DNA of 63,753 bases, counting the filler, from Reclinomonas americana ATCC 50394 (lineage: Eukaryota): NCBI GenBank assembly GCA_048213135.1. It is 14 parts of 14 records of this genome, joined end to end, with 100 filler letters (N's around TTAATTAATTAA, not from the genome) between each part and the next. Parts side by side here need not be neighbours in the genome. Positions count along the whole stretch, not along the records: positions 62,524 to 63,753 come from AFZH01019317.1; 13 more parts are not named here. One strand, 5' to 3'. The notes under the pieces are model-generated. The model was not told the origin of the DNA. It was given only the letters and a program-made list of their open reading frames with translations, and ran no database searches. A program made the translations under genes and the position numbers. Positions within the stretch are counted from its first letter, which is position 1. Each line of letters begins with the position of its first letter. This document shows positions 62,524-63,753 of the stretch, piece by piece.

Positions 62524-63615
62524 ACGCAAGTAGATTGGGTGAAAACCTGTCAGCCTCATCGCTGTCGAAAACAATCATGCAACACGAATGCACCTCCGAA
62601 TACCCACGCTCATCCACCACAATCAGCGGTCTCTCCACAGCATCCACCAGAGCCACGTCACTAAGTAGGCTCATCTGTAGATTGCAATCATCTGCATATC
62701 GGTTCAAGATGACACGGTCGTTCACAGGCACACGTGCTTGCTCACCTCGATGTAATTGCCCACTCGCAGGAGCACACCCTCCACTGACTTGGGCGTTTTG
62801 GTGCGTGAGTCCTTGGCAGTCTCGCCAAGTCTCTTGCCGACTGCACACTTGACAGCAGTTGACGCACGACTCCGCTCCGACAACGGAATTCCGCAGTCGT
62901 CGCAGGCCAGCTCAAAGATAGCACTCTGATGGTAGATGACTGTGGATTCCTGAACAATGGGTGCCACCAGGCCGAATGCCTTCAGCAGAATCCTTTTCCG
63001 ATTGCATCGCTGCGAGTGAGACATAAAGAGATGAGGAGAAGGAGGAGTGCGCTAAGTTGCAACGACGATGGAGAGAATGCACACTCAACGAGCAGCTTGT
63101 TCAGCAGCAGCTTCTCGTCTGCGCTCAACTCCACCGGCTCTTTCGCAGCTCGACTCTTGCCACGCTGTGAGTCCACGATGACACAAGTGAACCGAATGCA
63201 GGTTGACGAACAAGCACAACAATGTTCAGCGACAGAATATCCAAACCTTCTTTTTCTTCTTTGGCGGTGCAAGCTCGTCATCGCTGGATGCATCCACCTG
63301 TGGAGAATGTATGAAACATCAGGTGCAAACTGCGATGCACGAGCAGGAGACAAAGTGAGACGCGTGTCTCATCGGAGCTCACCTCCAGAGAATGCTTGCG
63401 GACCGATGTCTCAACTGCATCACGTGCAGGCAAGTCCCCACTGTGATCCACCAGAGACGAGTCGACTCGCTGTCTCCTCGCACGCTGCTGTGTAATCAAT
63501 CCAAAGAAAGAGAAGGCCAGTGAGAGAACTGCTCATCGTGGGATGACACACACAGTCACTGTACCTCGACGATGCCTTCCATCGCCGTGTGTTCCACGCG
63601 CTCCAGGTGAGCAGC
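62524..63615 (-). CDS. Unknown multi-exon protein, partial, with NLS-like PPKKKKK
   Basis: Chain of phase-0 GT-AG exons stays open (VDASSDDELAPPKKKKK | RGKSRAAKEP... | RCNRKRILLK...); no family recognised. Confidence 0.45.
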
Positions 63616-63678
63616 TGTGTGAATGCATCACCCTCGTGAGACATCACGTGACGCGGGAATACAAATGACTGCGACAGC

Positions 63679-63731
<53 letters not shown>

Positions 63732-63753
63732 GAGAGAGCACTGCGCGACGACG

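Noticed and set aside
1..63753. tRNA, rRNA, snRNA genes and autonomous transposons
   Set aside because: None recognised by eye; covariance-model and repeat searches are needed to exclude them

Overview
Gene-dense, GC-rich, intron-rich eukaryotic (probably flagellated protist) genomic DNA in 14 pieces joined by 13 artificial 100-nt spacers (N44-TTAATTAATTAA-N44). Three genes read through the spacers in order, so at least those are scaffold gaps. I hand-spliced about 27 protein-coding genes: ADA1/TADA1, UBE2J, Pol beta-like PolX, aldo-keto reductase, a SapA-EGF secreted protein, a giant degenerate kinesin, dienelactone hydrolase, P450, CUE-Smr, a CFAP52-like WD40 protein, a pseudo-trypsin, a class-1A DHODH-like flavoenzyme, RNase Z, a triple HARE-HTH protein, RhoGAP, CTL/SLC44, TRAPPC8, two tandem ABM-like paralogs, rubrerythrin, DHCR24-like, SGT-like, TPX2, TSR3 and several unknowns. 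Introns are mostly 60-100 nt and GT-AG. The most striking signal is the splicing system. Roughly 50 introns use a donor shifted by one base (GTTGCGT, GTTGAGT, GTTTCGT), almost always when the exon does not end in G, whereas G-ending exons use ordinary GTGCGT/GTGAGT/GTTTGT. Conserved protein motifs also point to a 2-nt and a 3-nt microexon. All gene models are manual and lack RNA evidence.
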